A stretch of DNA of 64,000 bases. Source: Dictyostelium discoideum. Its lineage: Eukaryota. The notes beneath the pieces are model-generated. The model worked only from the letters and a program-made list of their open reading frames with translations. It was not told where the DNA came from and did not search any database. Of the stretch, positions 1-11,520 are shown in pieces. The stretch lies in NCBI GenBank assembly GCA_000004695.1, contig CM000150.2, positions 3,360,001 to 3,424,000 on the forward strand. Direction: 5' to 3'. Position 1 is the stretch's first letter; the number at the start of each line of letters is the position of its first letter. Both the position numbers and the translations under genes were made by a program.

Positions 1-339
1 ATCATTTATTTATTAATATTATAGCATATACATATACATATAAAAATATAAACAAAATAATAAAATATTTAATAATATATAATTTTTTAAATTTATAATA
101 TAGTCACTCACTCACTCTCACTCAAACCACCAACCACTAAATCATCAATAAATTTAGTTGATCTGTAGCATAGTTAACAAAACACACAAAAAAAAAAAAA
201 AAAAAAATTTTTAAATAAATAAAAAAAAAAAAAAAATTTTTTTAAATAAAAACAAACAAACAAATAAATAAATAAATAATAATAAAAAAAAAAACAAAAG
301 AAGAAACAACTATAAAGAAAAATAAAATAATATAGAAAA

Positions 340-549
340 ATGGTAAAAGATATTAAAGTAATGGTTGTAGGTGATATGAGTGTAGGTAAGACATGTTTAC
401 TCATTTCCTACACTACAAATTCATTCCCCGGAGAATATGTTCCAACTGTTTTTGGTATGTTTATTATTTATTATTATTTATTATTTATTATTCATTATAA
501 TTAATGATTACTTGACACTAATATCCAATAAATCTTAAACAAATAATAA

Positions 550-616
<67 letters not shown>

Positions 617-1265
617 AATAACAACTACATATATAGATAATTATAATGCAAATGCAATAGTTAATAATACACCAATAAATTTAGGACTTTGGGATACTGC
701 TGGTAGTGAGGAGTACAATTCATTCCGTCCACTTAGTTATCCAGGTACAGATGTATTTATTATTTGTTTTTCTTTAATTTCACAAACAAGTTTTGAAAAT
801 GTCATTAAAAAGGTATGAATCACTTTAAACGTTTATCATATGATATAACTATAAATATGGTTGTTTATTTTTTATTATTGTATTATTATTATAATTACTA
901 ACTTCATCCCTCCATCACCTATATATATTTATTATTATTTCAAAATATTTTAGTGGCACCCAGAAATTATTCAAAATATGGAACAAGTCCCACCAATTAT
1001 TTTAGTTGGAACTAAATTAGATCTTCGTGGTAAAGGTAAAAGTGAAGAAAAAGAAGTTACACCAGAAATGGGTGAACAAATGAGAGCAGCAATTGGTGCT
1101 TATAAATATTCTGAATGTTCTGCACTCACTCAAGATGGTTTAACAACTGTATTCGAAGAAGCAGGTAGAGTTGTACTCTTCCCTCCTTCAAAAGAGGAAT
1201 TGGCTAAATCAAAAAAAGACTCTAAAAAAGGTGATAAAGACTCAAAGGATTGTATAATACAATAA
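340..1265 (+). CDS. Rho-family (Rac-like) small GTPase, ~200 aa, 3 exons: 340..454, 637..812, 954..1265
   Basis: Exon 1 encodes [38 protein letters not shown] with P-loop, ending at a GTATGT donor. Exon 2 encodes [59 protein letters not shown] (switch II / DTAG motif), bounded by acceptor ATATAG and donor GTATGA. Exon 3 is the ORF-track piece 978..1265, extended upstream to acceptor TTTTAG at 953, and ends with a polybasic stretch and CAAX-like CIIQ before TAA. Phases are consistent (115+176+312 nt = 201 codons). Family assignment rests on canonical Rho/Rac motifs. Confidence 0.85.
551..613. repeat. (CAA)n microsatellite (~21 units) inside intron 1 of the Rac-like gene
   Basis: Direct reading: acaacaacaac... 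from 551 to 613. Confidence 0.9.
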
Positions 1266-1679
1266 AATCTTTTTTTTTTTTTTTTAATTGTGTCAAATAT
1301 TAAAAAAAAAAAAAAAAAAAAAAATAAATAAAAAAAAAAAATAAATAAAAAAAAAAAAAAAAATAAACATTTATAATAAATAATAGAAATGAAATAATAA
1401 TTAATAAAAGTAATAATAATAATAATTAATAATAATAAAAAAAAAAAAAAAAAAAAAAATAGAAATAGAAAAAAAAAAAAAAAAAAAAAAGAAATACCAT
1501 ATACAAGAGGTTATAAACAATATCTGTTAAATCAAAATTAATAGATTTTTTTTTTAAAAAAAAAGAATTCTGTAGAAAATAAACATAAACATTAAAAAAA
1601 AAAAAAAAAAAAAAAAAAGAGAATTGATCTTGAACTTATTTATTAATTCATTTATTTATTTAATTTATTTATTCTATTT

Positions 1680-3770
1680 TTAAAATTTTAACTTTTTTTC
1701 AATGGAAGATTTATGATGAGAAGTTGGTAAATGAATGATTGGAGTTAATAATTGTAAAATTTTAGTTTTAACAGATTGTAATTGTTGTGTATCATTTGGT
1801 TTTTCTATTTTTAAAGTTTGGAATAAACGAAAATAATATTGAATTAAAGAGTTTGTAAATACTTGATCAGCAGATACTTTTGATGGATTTGAAATCATTG
1901 ATTGTTCTAAAGCATTGGTGATCTCTTTATAAACTATATGATCAGGCATACCTTTCATTAGATATTCGTTATTTGTATTGAGTAGATTGGTAGCGATTGA
2001 TTGATGACGTTGTTGCATAATGTTAATTAATAAATTAATTTTCTTAAAAGTTCTTTGATCATGTTGAGAAGTGAATACACTTGAAGAGTCGTCTGGGCAA
2101 TTGATTTGTTTATTATCACTATTACATTTTAAACAGTGATAATAAAATCCGGATTCTATACTATCATTACTTGGTATTTTAAAAGAGGTATTTGAGGATG
2201 ATAATTGATTTTTACAAGATAAACATGACTGATCGGTTAATTTTGATTGAAATTTACATTGCTGACATTGGCAAAAGAAGAAATACTGTTTTAATAGATG
2301 TTTTCTACGTTCGGAGCATTCTGTAGTGATGTCAGTGTATGAGGTTAATATTTCTTCACCTTTTTTAATGGGTCTTAGTGTACGGAATACCATCATACCT
2401 TGATCGTCATTATACCAAAACGCATTGGGCAGACATGAATGGTTTAGGTAGCTACCAGTGGGGAATATACCCAAACCATAGGTATGGCAATTCAACGGGT
2501 GTAGCATCTCATGACCATTTGATAATACAATTGAATAGATTTCAATGATTTCATCAATAGTTACACCACATTCATCAAAGAATTTCGGACCACGTAATTT
2601 ATTGAATATTGCAATCACACTTTGTGCCGATCTTTTAAATGCTTCCATTTGCTCAGGTTGTACTTTATCTAATGTTCTAGATAAGTTAATTAAATATTTA
2701 TAACTATCAAATATAAATGGATTTTGATGATTTAACCATTGTTTTGATTGATTTTCCTTTGAAAATGATTTGTTTTTCTTATCTTTTATAACATTTAATA
2801 AAACTCTAAACATGAATCTAAAATCACGAGTTTGTGAAGATGGATAATATTGTTTTAAAAAGTTTAGAATATCACATTCATCTTTATGATAATTAAGAGA
2901 ATATTCATCAACTGAACATTGAGGACAAAGTAAATGATTTTTACAATTTTTACATGTTTGATTGATTCTAATTGATTTATTAATTTTCTTAAAACAAAAA
3001 CCACAATTCTTTTCAATTTTATGATCTTCCAATACTGATGCGAATGGTGACACTCTTAATACCATAGTACCCTTTGGTAAATCTTCTGATGCCAATACAC
3101 ATCTACCAAATCCATCTCTCCATACTAATTCAATTGGAAATTGTTGAAATTGTTCAAAATCTTCTTTAATTCTATCTTGACTTTCTTTTTCCTCTTTTTC
3201 TAATTTTTTTAATTTTTTTTCAATTTCTTTTCTTTCATTTTCAATTATTTGTTTTAAAGATTTATCAATTATAACTTTACCATTATTATTATTATTATTA
3301 ATTGAATTTAATGCATCATTAATTGATTTAAATGATTCTTTAAAATTACACATATATTGATAACATAATGATTTCCTATAATGACATTTTGAATTATCTT
3401 TATCAATTTCAGTACCTTTATTTGCAAATTCTAACGCTTTATCAATTTCATAACCATTTATAAAACATAATGATAAATTTGAATAAATTATTGATACTAA
3501 TTTTTTTAATTCTATTTCATCATCTTTATTATTATTATTATTATTTTTTAATTTTTCAAAATTATCATTAAAACATTCAATTCCTAATGAATAATATGTA
3601 ACTGCTCTTTTATTTAAATTATCATTGGTTTTATCATATTTTGAAAATTCTTGATTTCCTAATTGTTTAAATTCTTCAATTTTTTTAAATAATTGTTTAA
3701 AATTTAAAATTTCATTATTGTTTTTATTATTATTATTATTATTATTATTGTGGTCTGGTATTGAAGACAT
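1680..3770 (-). CDS. SET and MYND domain (SMYD-like) protein lysine methyltransferase, 696 aa, single exon
   Basis: Continuous minus-strand ORF from ATG (rc at 3768-3770) to stop at 1680. It contains a MYND zinc-finger pattern (CKNCKNHLLCPQCSVDEYSLNYHKDEC), a split SET domain with NHSCLPN and post-SET Cys cluster (EEILTSYTDITTECSERRKHLLKQYFFFCQCQQC), and an N-terminal TPR-like region. Poly-N runs are typical of Dictyostelium. Confidence 0.8.
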   Translation of the reverse strand: MSSIPDHNNNNNNNNKNNNEILNFKQLFKKIEEFKQLGNQEFSKYDKTNDNLNKRAVTYYSLGIECFNDNFEKLKNNNNNNKDDEIELKKLVSIIYSNLSLCFINGYEIDKALEFANKGTEIDKDNSKCHYRKSLCYQYMCNFKESFKSINDALNSINNNNNNGKVIIDKSLKQIIENERKEIEKKLKKLEKEEKESQDRIKEDFEQFQQFPIELVWRDGFGRCVLASEDLPKGTMVLRVSPFASVLEDHKIEKNCGFCFKKINKSIRINQTCKNCKNHLLCPQCSVDEYSLNYHKDECDILNFLKQYYPSSQTRDFRFMFRVLLNVIKDKKNKSFSKENQSKQWLNHQNPFIFDSYKYLINLSRTLDKVQPEQMEAFKRSAQSVIAIFNKLRGPKFFDECGVTIDEIIEIYSIVLSNGHEMLHPLNCHTYGLGIFPTGSYLNHSCLPNAFWYNDDQGMMVFRTLRPIKKGEEILTSYTDITTECSERRKHLLKQYFFFCQCQQCKFQSKLTDQSCLSCKNQLSSSNTSFKIPSNDSIESGFYYHCLKCNSDNKQINCPDDSSSVFTSQHDQRTFKKINLLINIMQQRHQSIATNLLNTNNEYLMKGMPDHIVYKEITNALEQSMISNPSKVSADQVFTNSLIQYYFRLFQTLKIEKPNDTQQLQSVKTKILQLLTPIIHLPTSHHKSSIEKKLKF

Positions 3771-3808
3771 TTTTTTATTTTTTTTTAATTAAATTAAATT
3801 AAAAAATG

Positions 3809-3840
<32 letters not shown>

Positions 3841-4044
3841 TTCGTTTTTTTTGTTTGTTTTTAGAAATCCTGGTAAAGTTTTTATTTATAATATTTTTAA
3901 TTTTTTATTTTTTAATTTTTTTTTTTTTTAAATTAAAAACTTTTTTTTAGTTTTTTTTTTTTTTTTATTTTCATTTTTTTAGTTTTTTTTATTTATTTAT
4001 TTAAAACGAACGAATTATTTTGTTTAATAATAGTAATAATAAAA

Positions 4045-4296
4045 ATGTCACTTTTATTCACAGATTCTTCAATTCAAGATACAGAAACAGAATTAACTCA
4101 CTTTGTTTTTCAATGGTTAGAAGAAAGAGGATTCACAGAGTCAATTAGATCTTTAGAATCTGAAACTCAAATTACACATAATAAACAAACTGTTAAACTT
4201 GGTGGCCAATTAGAATTTATTTATAATGAACATAAAGAATTACAAGAATCAATGAAAACTATTGAATCAATAGAAGATGAAGATACTGAAATTGTA

Positions 4297-4332
<36 letters not shown>

Positions 4333-5508
4333 TTATTTAATTATTTATTATTATTATTTTCAAAAATAAAAAATACCAAAAAATAAATAAAATAAAATAT
4401 TAATATATATATATATTTTTTTTTTATTTTGAAAAAAAAAATAGGGAATTCTTGGTGATGGTAAAATTCATAAACATTTAAATGATGTTTTAGATAATGT
4501 TCATAGTTCAAATATTTTATGTCTTAGATTTAGTCCAATTAAAGATAGTAATATTATAGTTACAGGTTCAACTGATAAAACATTAAAAATTACAAATTAT
4601 CTAACAAAAGAAGTTTTAAATTCATATACTGGTTTTGCTTCTGCACCATTCATTTCATTAGATTTTAATCCAGTAAATCCGTAAGTTTTAAAAAAAAAAA
4701 AAAAGAAAAAAAAAAAAAAAAACATTTTTACTAATTAATATTAAATAATAAATAAAAAAGTGAATTATTATTAGCATCATCAGTTGATGGTAGTCATTGT
4801 ATAATTAAAATTGATAAAGATGGTAATGGTGAATTAATTCAAAAATTTAATAGACATAAGAAATATGTTGTTAGAGTTAGATGGAGTCCAGATGGTAAGA
4901 TGTTTGCATCATGTTCATACGATAAATCAATATCATTATTTAAAGAGGATGAATCAAATCAAGGTCAATTTGAGTTTGTAAAGAGTTGGGATTTCGTAAC
5001 AACAGTTGAATCATTAATATTCACACCAGATTCAAAGTATGTGATTGCAGCAGTTAAAGAATCAAATTATCTTCATTATTTAGAAACCGAGGGTGATTTC
5101 TCAATTGAACGTTATAATATGAATGTGAATGGTGATGATCATGTCAGTTTCTCTGCAATGGAATTCTCAATTACACCAGATAAAAAATACCTTTTAGTTT
5201 CAACTGATCTCAATCGTTTGATTCTCTTTAAATTGAATTCAAATAAACAAATTCGTAATTTTTATGGAGCTTTCAATGATTCCTATACAACCACTAGAAA
5301 TGCAATTTGTCCATCTGGTAAATACGTATTTTCAACTTCTCAAGATAACTTAATCTATGTTTGGGAAATTGCAAATCAAAAAGTTATCGCAAAATTAGAT
5401 TCTCATCGTTCCTCAGTTCGTGAACTCACTTTTTCACCTGATAACCTTTTATTAGCTTCTTGTGGTTTCGATAAAAGAGTCACTCTTTGGTCAAATATTT
5501 CTGATTAA
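4045..5508 (+). CDS. LisH motif + WD40 repeat protein, ~410 aa, 3 exons: 4045..4293, 4445..4680, 4761..5508
   Basis: Exon 1 (MSLLFTDSSIQDTETELTHFVFQWLEERGFTESIRSLESE...) carries a LisH-like motif and ends at a GTAAGT donor at 4294. Exon 2 (GILGDGKIHKHLNDVLDNVHSSNILCLRFSPIKDSNIIVTGSTDKTLKITNYL...) begins after acceptor ATAG and ends at a GTAAGT donor at 4681 in phase 2. Exon 3 begins after acceptor AAAAAG at 4760 and runs in frame into ORF-track piece 4900..5508. It holds WD repeats (VRWSPDGKMFASCSYDKSISLF, YVWEIANQ, CGFDKRVTLWS). Phases close: 249 + 236 + 748 nt. Confidence 0.75.
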
Positions 5509-5718
5509 AAATAAAAAAAAAAACAATAAATTAAAACAACATTTTTTTAATTTTGTGTGTGTGTGTGTGAGTGCGTGGTTAAAAATTTTTTATTTTTTTA
5601 TTTTATTATTTACTCTATCAAAAGAATTAATTAATTGATGGGGGTGATAATGTGCGAATTATTATTATTTATTTATTTGTTTAATTAATAATCTATAAAA
5701 AATTATATGAGATTAAAT

Positions 5719-6285
5719 TTATGCAGTCCAAACTTTTAATGTTGTACTACCAATGTTGGTAACATTCAATCTGAAACCACCAAAACTTCTACTAAAGGAA
5801 GTTTCTCCATTAACATCATTATCTTCATCTGGTGATGCACTTTATTTCCAGAATAAAAAAAAATAATATAAAATAAAAAAATAATTAGAATGTTAGTTTT
5901 AAAGTACGAAACAAAGGGGGTGAGTTTTTTTTTTTTTTTTTTTTTTGTAAATTAAAAAAGTCGTACCCAGCTTGAAAACGAACTCTTCCATTTCCACCTC
6001 CTACAACTTGTACATGTACTGTTGTTGATCTTGGCCATGCCCTGTTAATAATAAAAAAAAAATAAAAAAAAAAAAGTTTAGAAAAAAGTAATAATAATTG
6101 TAAATTAACAGGAAAAAAGGACAATTCTAAAAAAAAAAATAATTACCAAGTTGGGATACCACCGTAATTTTTTCCTGGTTCAAGAGTCCATGGCTTATAT
6201 AATTCATAAAAAATACTATTAGTTAGTTTTTATTAATTTTTTATTTTTTATTTTTTTTTTTTTTTCACAAACATACTCCTGCCAT
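5719..6285 (-). CDS. Small Gly-rich protein of unknown function, 83 aa, 4 exons: 6277..6285, 6147..6193, 5967..6041, 5719..5839
   Basis: Minus-strand model: a 9-nt first exon ATGGCAGGA followed by a GTATGT donor, then three exons with canonical GT..AG borders and AT-rich polypyrimidine acceptors. The phases chain exactly (9+47+75+121 = 252 nt = 84 codons). Predicted protein: MAGPWTLEPGKNYGGIPTWAWPRSTTVHVQVVGGGNGRVRFQAGASPDEDNDVNGETSFSRSFGGFRLNVTNIGSTTLKVWTA. The exons are local GC-richer islands in otherwise AT-rich DNA. No family recognised. Confidence 0.5.
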
Positions 6286-6594
6286 TTTATGATTATATTA
6301 ATTATATATTAAAAAAAAATTTAAAAATAAATGTTTGTATAATGAAAATGAAAAATTAGTTTTGTTTTTTTTTTTTTTTTTTTCAATCTAATTAGATTAA
6401 TTTATACTCTTTTAAAAAAAATAAAAAATAAATTAAAGTAATTTGAATCAAAATTGAATTAAAAAATATACTAACTATTATTATTGTATTATAATAATAA
6501 TTATAATAAATATGTGTAGATGACAAATAAAAATGTATTCTGCATTAATCTAACCACCACACAATTATTAAATTGTAATTTACAAATCTTTTGG

Positions 6595-6642
<48 letters not shown>

Positions 6643-7193
6643 ATAATAATATTATTATATTTATATATTTATTTTTATTTTTATTTTTATTTTTACCCCC
6701 CAATTAAATAATTATTATTTATTTCATTTTTTTTAAAATTATTATAAAAAAATAAATATACGCAAATCATTATTTTTTTGAGTTATTATACCACCCCAAA
6801 TTATTGTATAACTTTATTTATTGTTATTATTATTATTTTAAGATCCCAAACTTAAATTTGTTGTTGAATAGAATGAAAAGTTTTTTGATCTTTATTTAAA
6901 TAATTAAAATACAATGTTTCCATTTCAGTAAATTAAGATAATATATTAAATTATAATGAATTGAAAAAAAAAAAATAACAAATAAATAAAAAATAAAAAT
7001 GAAAAAGAGAAATTGGGCAAAAAGAAGAAAAAAAAAATAAAAAGAAATAATAGTTATAATAATAATAATAATTTGCTAGATAAAAAATTAAAATTAAAAT
7101 AAAACTGACGTTTTAATATTAATTTATAGGTCAAAGTAATTGGAGACAATCTTATGGAATACAATAGTGTGTGATTGTCCTCTTAATAAATAA

Positions 7194-7231
<38 letters not shown>

Positions 7232-7371
7232 AGATCTTGTGTTTAAATAAATTAATATTTTCTATCATTATTAATTTTATTATTAAATTTTATTTATCAC
7301 AAATATTAAAAATTTAACAGTTGGAAAAAAAAAAACAAATAAAAAATAAAAAATAAATAAATAAAAATATT

Positions 7372-8669
7372 TTATTGTTCTAAAGATTGATTACTATTAT
7401 TTGATAGTTGTTTTGTATCAATTTTTAATAATGCTCTAATTGCTATTTTTTTTTTTTAAAAAAAAAAAATAAAAATAAAAAATAAAATAAAATAAAATTA
7501 AATGTTAAAAAAAAATGTACTTTTTTAAAAATAATGAATTAATTAAATAATTAATGTATACTTACGAGTTCTACAAATTGGACATTTTAATGAAACATTT
7601 CTCATAATTTCAGCACATTTACTACATAAACAAAAATGACGACAAGGAATTGCAAGAACTTCTTTTGGTTCGCTTAAACATGCAACACATTCATCGGAAA
7701 TCGAATCCAATCCAAAAATATCATGAACAAGATAAACTTTTTCATTAAACTAAATTTAATATTAATATTAAAAAAAAAAAAAAAAAAAAAGTAAATTAAT
7801 AAATATTGATATTAAAAAAAAAATTTCCTGTTTCACTTTCTCTTTTTTTTTGATTCTACTTACAAATGTTTTTTGTTTTAATGGTTTTAAAGCATATGTT
7901 GAATCATTACATTTTAAAAGTGTTAAAAATGTTAATTGTGCTCTTAAAATTGAATCATCAGGTATTGATGGTGATGTATTTTTAGTAATTTCGGTTGTTG
8001 GTGATGGTAGTGTTGTTTTTGAAGTTTGGTCAGTTGTCTTTGATAAATTTATTGTTACATTATTATCATTGTTATTATTATTACTGCTATTACCACTATT
8101 ATTAATATTTATTGATTCTATATAAGATTTCGTTTTTAAAGAAATTGTCATTGGAAATATTGCTTTTTCTAAATTACAATTTACTATTTCAGATTCATAA
8201 AAATCACCTAAACTTACACTAGTATCAAATGATGATAATACAAATGGTTGATCCAATCCTGAAGGAAATTCAAATGGTCCAAGATGTAATTTTGATGATA
8301 TTCTTTTAAATATATAAAAAAAAAATAAAAAAAATTAATTTTATTAAAATTCGAAAAATGATTTTGATGATTATTCTTTTAAATATTTATATGTATATAA
8401 AAGAGAAAAAGCTTACCTATCATTAATTTTGTTCTCATCTTCACTACAAACAAAATATATATCAACTATACATGGTTCTTCTGAATCAAAAGTAAAAGTT
8501 AAATCATATTCACCTGTTGATCTTTTGGCTGTTGTAGTTGTTGTCGTTGTCGTTGTTGTTGTGGTGGTGGTTGTAGTTGTTGTAGTTGTTGTATCAGTAG
8601 TAGTTGGTGATAAAGCAGTTGCACTATTTTCATCGCCACTACTACCACTATCACCATTATTATTAATAC

Positions 8670-8703
<34 letters not shown>

Positions 8704-8994
8704 TAATTGTTCTTCATTTTTATTATTCATTAGTTCAATTTCTATATTTTCAGTATCTAGCCTATGAAATTTTATTGATTCTTTATGTACATTTACAACA
8801 CTTTTTATTGTATTTGTTGTATAAATTTGAGGTATAATTGAGGATAATTGAATACCATCTCCAGGATTTGCACCTGTACCTTCACCTGCTTCTAAATCTA
8901 TTGTACCACCACCATTATTATTAGCTTCATTTAAACTTCTAATTATATTATTTAATCTATTTGTATCACTATTTACACTTAATGCTGATCCCAT
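7372..8994 (-). CDS. Mahogunin/MGRN1-like RING-type E3 ubiquitin ligase, ~421 aa, 4 exons: 8417..8994, 7864..8302, 7566..7749, 7372..7442
   Basis: The N-terminus MGSALSVN fits an N-myristoylation signal as in MGRN1. Exon 1 ends with YDLTFTFDSEEPCIVDIYFVCSEDE, matching the MGRN1 conserved core. Exon 2 contains STYALKPLKQKTFV, matching the MGRN1 VKPLKQKQ motif. Exon 3 encodes a C3HC4 RING (CVACLSEPKEVLAIPCRHFCLCSKCAEIMRNVSLKCPICRT). Exon 4 gives PIRALLKI, matching the MGRN1 post-RING PFRALLQI tail. All junctions are GTAAGT/GTAAGC donors with (T/A)nAG acceptors and consistent phases (578+439+184+71 nt). Confidence 0.8.
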
Positions 8995-9164
8995 TTTTTT
9001 TTATTTTTTTATTTTTTTTTTACATATAAAAAAAAAAAAAAACAAATTTATTTTATTTTTTTATTTTTTTTTATTTTTTTAATATAATATGTGAATATAA
9101 TATGTGACAAAACAATAGGAAGTATTTTTAAATAATAAAAAAAAAAAAAAAATTAAAAAAAAAT

Positions 9165-9210
<46 letters not shown>

Positions 9211-9353
9211 AAAAGCGACAGTAAGATGAAACAAAAACAAGAATTAACTGATTCGGTAGGTTTATCTTATTTTCCAAAAAAAAATTATTATTTTATTCTT
9301 TATTTATTTATTTCTTTCTTAATTTTATTTTATTTATTAATAACTTTTTTAGT

Positions 9354-9398
<45 letters not shown>

Positions 9399-9409
9399 CA
9401 TTTATTAAT

Positions 9410-9450
<41 letters not shown>

Positions 9451-9733
9451 TTAATTATAGAGATCTATTTAAGATAATTTTTAAAATTATAGAGTTTAGG
9501 AAATGTTTTCTAAGTATTTATAAATTTATTATTCTTATTTTTTTTTTTTTTTATAATAATAATATTAATTAGAATTTTTTTTTTTTTTTATAATAATAAA
9601 ATAATACTAATTAGTATTTTTTTTTTTAGACACGATTTATCAAAATATTAATAATAATTTTAAAAACATAATTTAGTTTTATTAATTTAAAAATAGTTTT
9701 CTTTATTTATTTATTTATTTAATTAATTTTTTT

Positions 9734-11095
9734 TTATTGACGTTTATCAGCTGGTAAAATTGTACCTTCACAATTACCAAAACCAATTTGATAACCATTA
9801 CCTTTACAAAGACCAGATAAGATAACAGAATCACCATCTTGAATGAATTTTCTTTCTTCATTTGTTTCAGTACCTAATGAGACCACTTTACTACCTTTCC
9901 AAGAGAGTTCCAACATTGAACCATAGCTATCTTCAGTTGGACCACTAATTGTACCAGTACCAAGTAAATCACCAGCATTCATATTACAACCATTTACAGT
10001 ATGATGAGCCAATTGTTGAGTGAGTGTCCAATACATGTATTTCAAATTTGAAGTTGAAACCTTATGAGGTTTTGACATTTTTGGAGATTTAATACTAACT
10101 GATAATTCAATATCAAAGGTAGTATTACCTTGTTCTTGAAGATATTTCATTGGTTGTGGATCTTGAGTTGGTGGTTTTGTAGCAAATGGTTGCAATGCCT
10201 CCATTGTAACAACCCATGGTGATATAGTTGAGCCGAAATTCTTTGCCAAGAATGGACCCAATGGAACGTATTCCCATTTTTGGATATCTCTTGCACTCCA
10301 ATCATTCAAAAGTACCAAACCAAAGATATGATCTTTTGCAGACTCAATTGAAATTGGTTCACCCAATTTGGTTGATTCTCCTCCAATCAAAGCGCCCATC
10401 TCCAATTCAAAATCCAATAATCTACATGGATTAAAAGTTGGTAATGAATCTGGTTCATCCGATTTAGTTTGACCCCATGGTCTTTTCAATGGTGTACCAC
10501 TTACGACTATTGATGATGATCTACCATGATAACCAACTGGTAAATGTACCCAATTTGGCATCAATGCATTCTCTTTACCTCTAAACATAATACCAACATT
10601 GGTTGCATGTTCTTTTGATGCATAGAAATCAGTATAATCTCCAATTCTTGCTGGTAATAACATTGTTACACTTGAAATTGAATGAAATATCTTTTCTCTA
10701 TACTCTTTATTATCTCTAATAGTTGATGTTTCTGATGATAATAAATTTTGAATGGTTTTTCTAGCTTCACTCCATAATTCTTTACCTAATGACATAAATG
10801 AATTTAAATTTTCCTAAAAATGAAAAAAAAAAAAAAATTGATTTTAATAATTTATTTATTTTTATTTTATTTTATTTATATATATACATACTTGATGAAA
10901 AACTTTAGTATCTTTTAATTTACCATCAAAAAGTTTTAAATCTGCTAAAACTGATAAATCACAAACGAAATCACCAATAGCAACACCAATTCTAGCTTGA
11001 TCATTTAGGGTTGGTTTAAAGACACCATATGGAAGATTTTGAATTGGAAAGTGTGAATCTTCACTAACTTCAATAAAACTTTTTAAAATTGACAT
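9734..11095 (-). CDS. fah: Fumarylacetoacetase (FAH, tyrosine catabolism), ~427 aa, 2 exons: 10892..11095, 9734..10813
   Basis: Exon 1, from an internal ATG at 11093-11095, encodes [47 protein letters not shown]..., matching the FAH N-terminal domain, and ends at a GTATGT donor. Exon 2 ([19 protein letters not shown]...[20 protein letters not shown]...ILPADKRQ*) matches the FAH C-terminal catalytic domain across its length. The upstream in-frame extension MIKLFIIF... seen in the ORF track is poly-T derived and probably 5' UTR. Confidence 0.85.
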
Positions 11096-11520
11096 TTGTT
11101 GTTGTTGTTCTTGTTGTGGTTGTTTTGCTTGATGAATTATGACACTAAAAAATAAAAAAAAAAATGAAAAAATAATGAACAGCTTTATCATGCAAAATAA
11201 AAAAATTTTAAAAAAATTAAATTAAAATTTTTTAAATTTCGCAAACATGTTTTAAAAAAAAAAAAATTAAAAATAAATAAATAAAAAAATAAAAAAATAA
11301 AAAAATAAAAATAAAAACAAATAAAAATAAAAATGTATTTAATCTTTAGATTTTAAAAATTAAAGATAAAAATAAATACTTTTTCTCTTTTTTTCACATT
11401 TGAAAAAACCAATTAAATGATTATTATTACCTGTAAATGATTTTTCTTTTTTTCTTTTTTTTTTATATTATTTATTTATTTCCTTGGAAATTTATTTTAT
11501 TTTGTTTTGTTTTATTTTAT

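Noticed and set aside
174-404. Minus-strand ORF of poly-F/poly-K (and many similar: 6520..6711, 9226..9408, 16454..16864, 19097..19279, 30233..30415, 33106..33318, 38466..38663, 46441..46650, 53563..54045, 55203..55385, 57438..58352)
   Set aside because: Translations of homopolymer A/T tracts in intergenic DNA or introns, not genes.
11096-11191. N-terminal extension MIKLFIIFSFFFLFFSVIIHQAKQPQQEQQQQ of fumarylacetoacetase in the ORF track (possible mitochondrial or signal peptide)
   Set aside because: The stretch is encoded by a T-homopolymer and CAA repeat. FAH is cytosolic in other species, and the protein aligns from the internal Met (MSILKSF...). Treated as 5' UTR, though an upstream ATG at 11189-11191 cannot be excluded.
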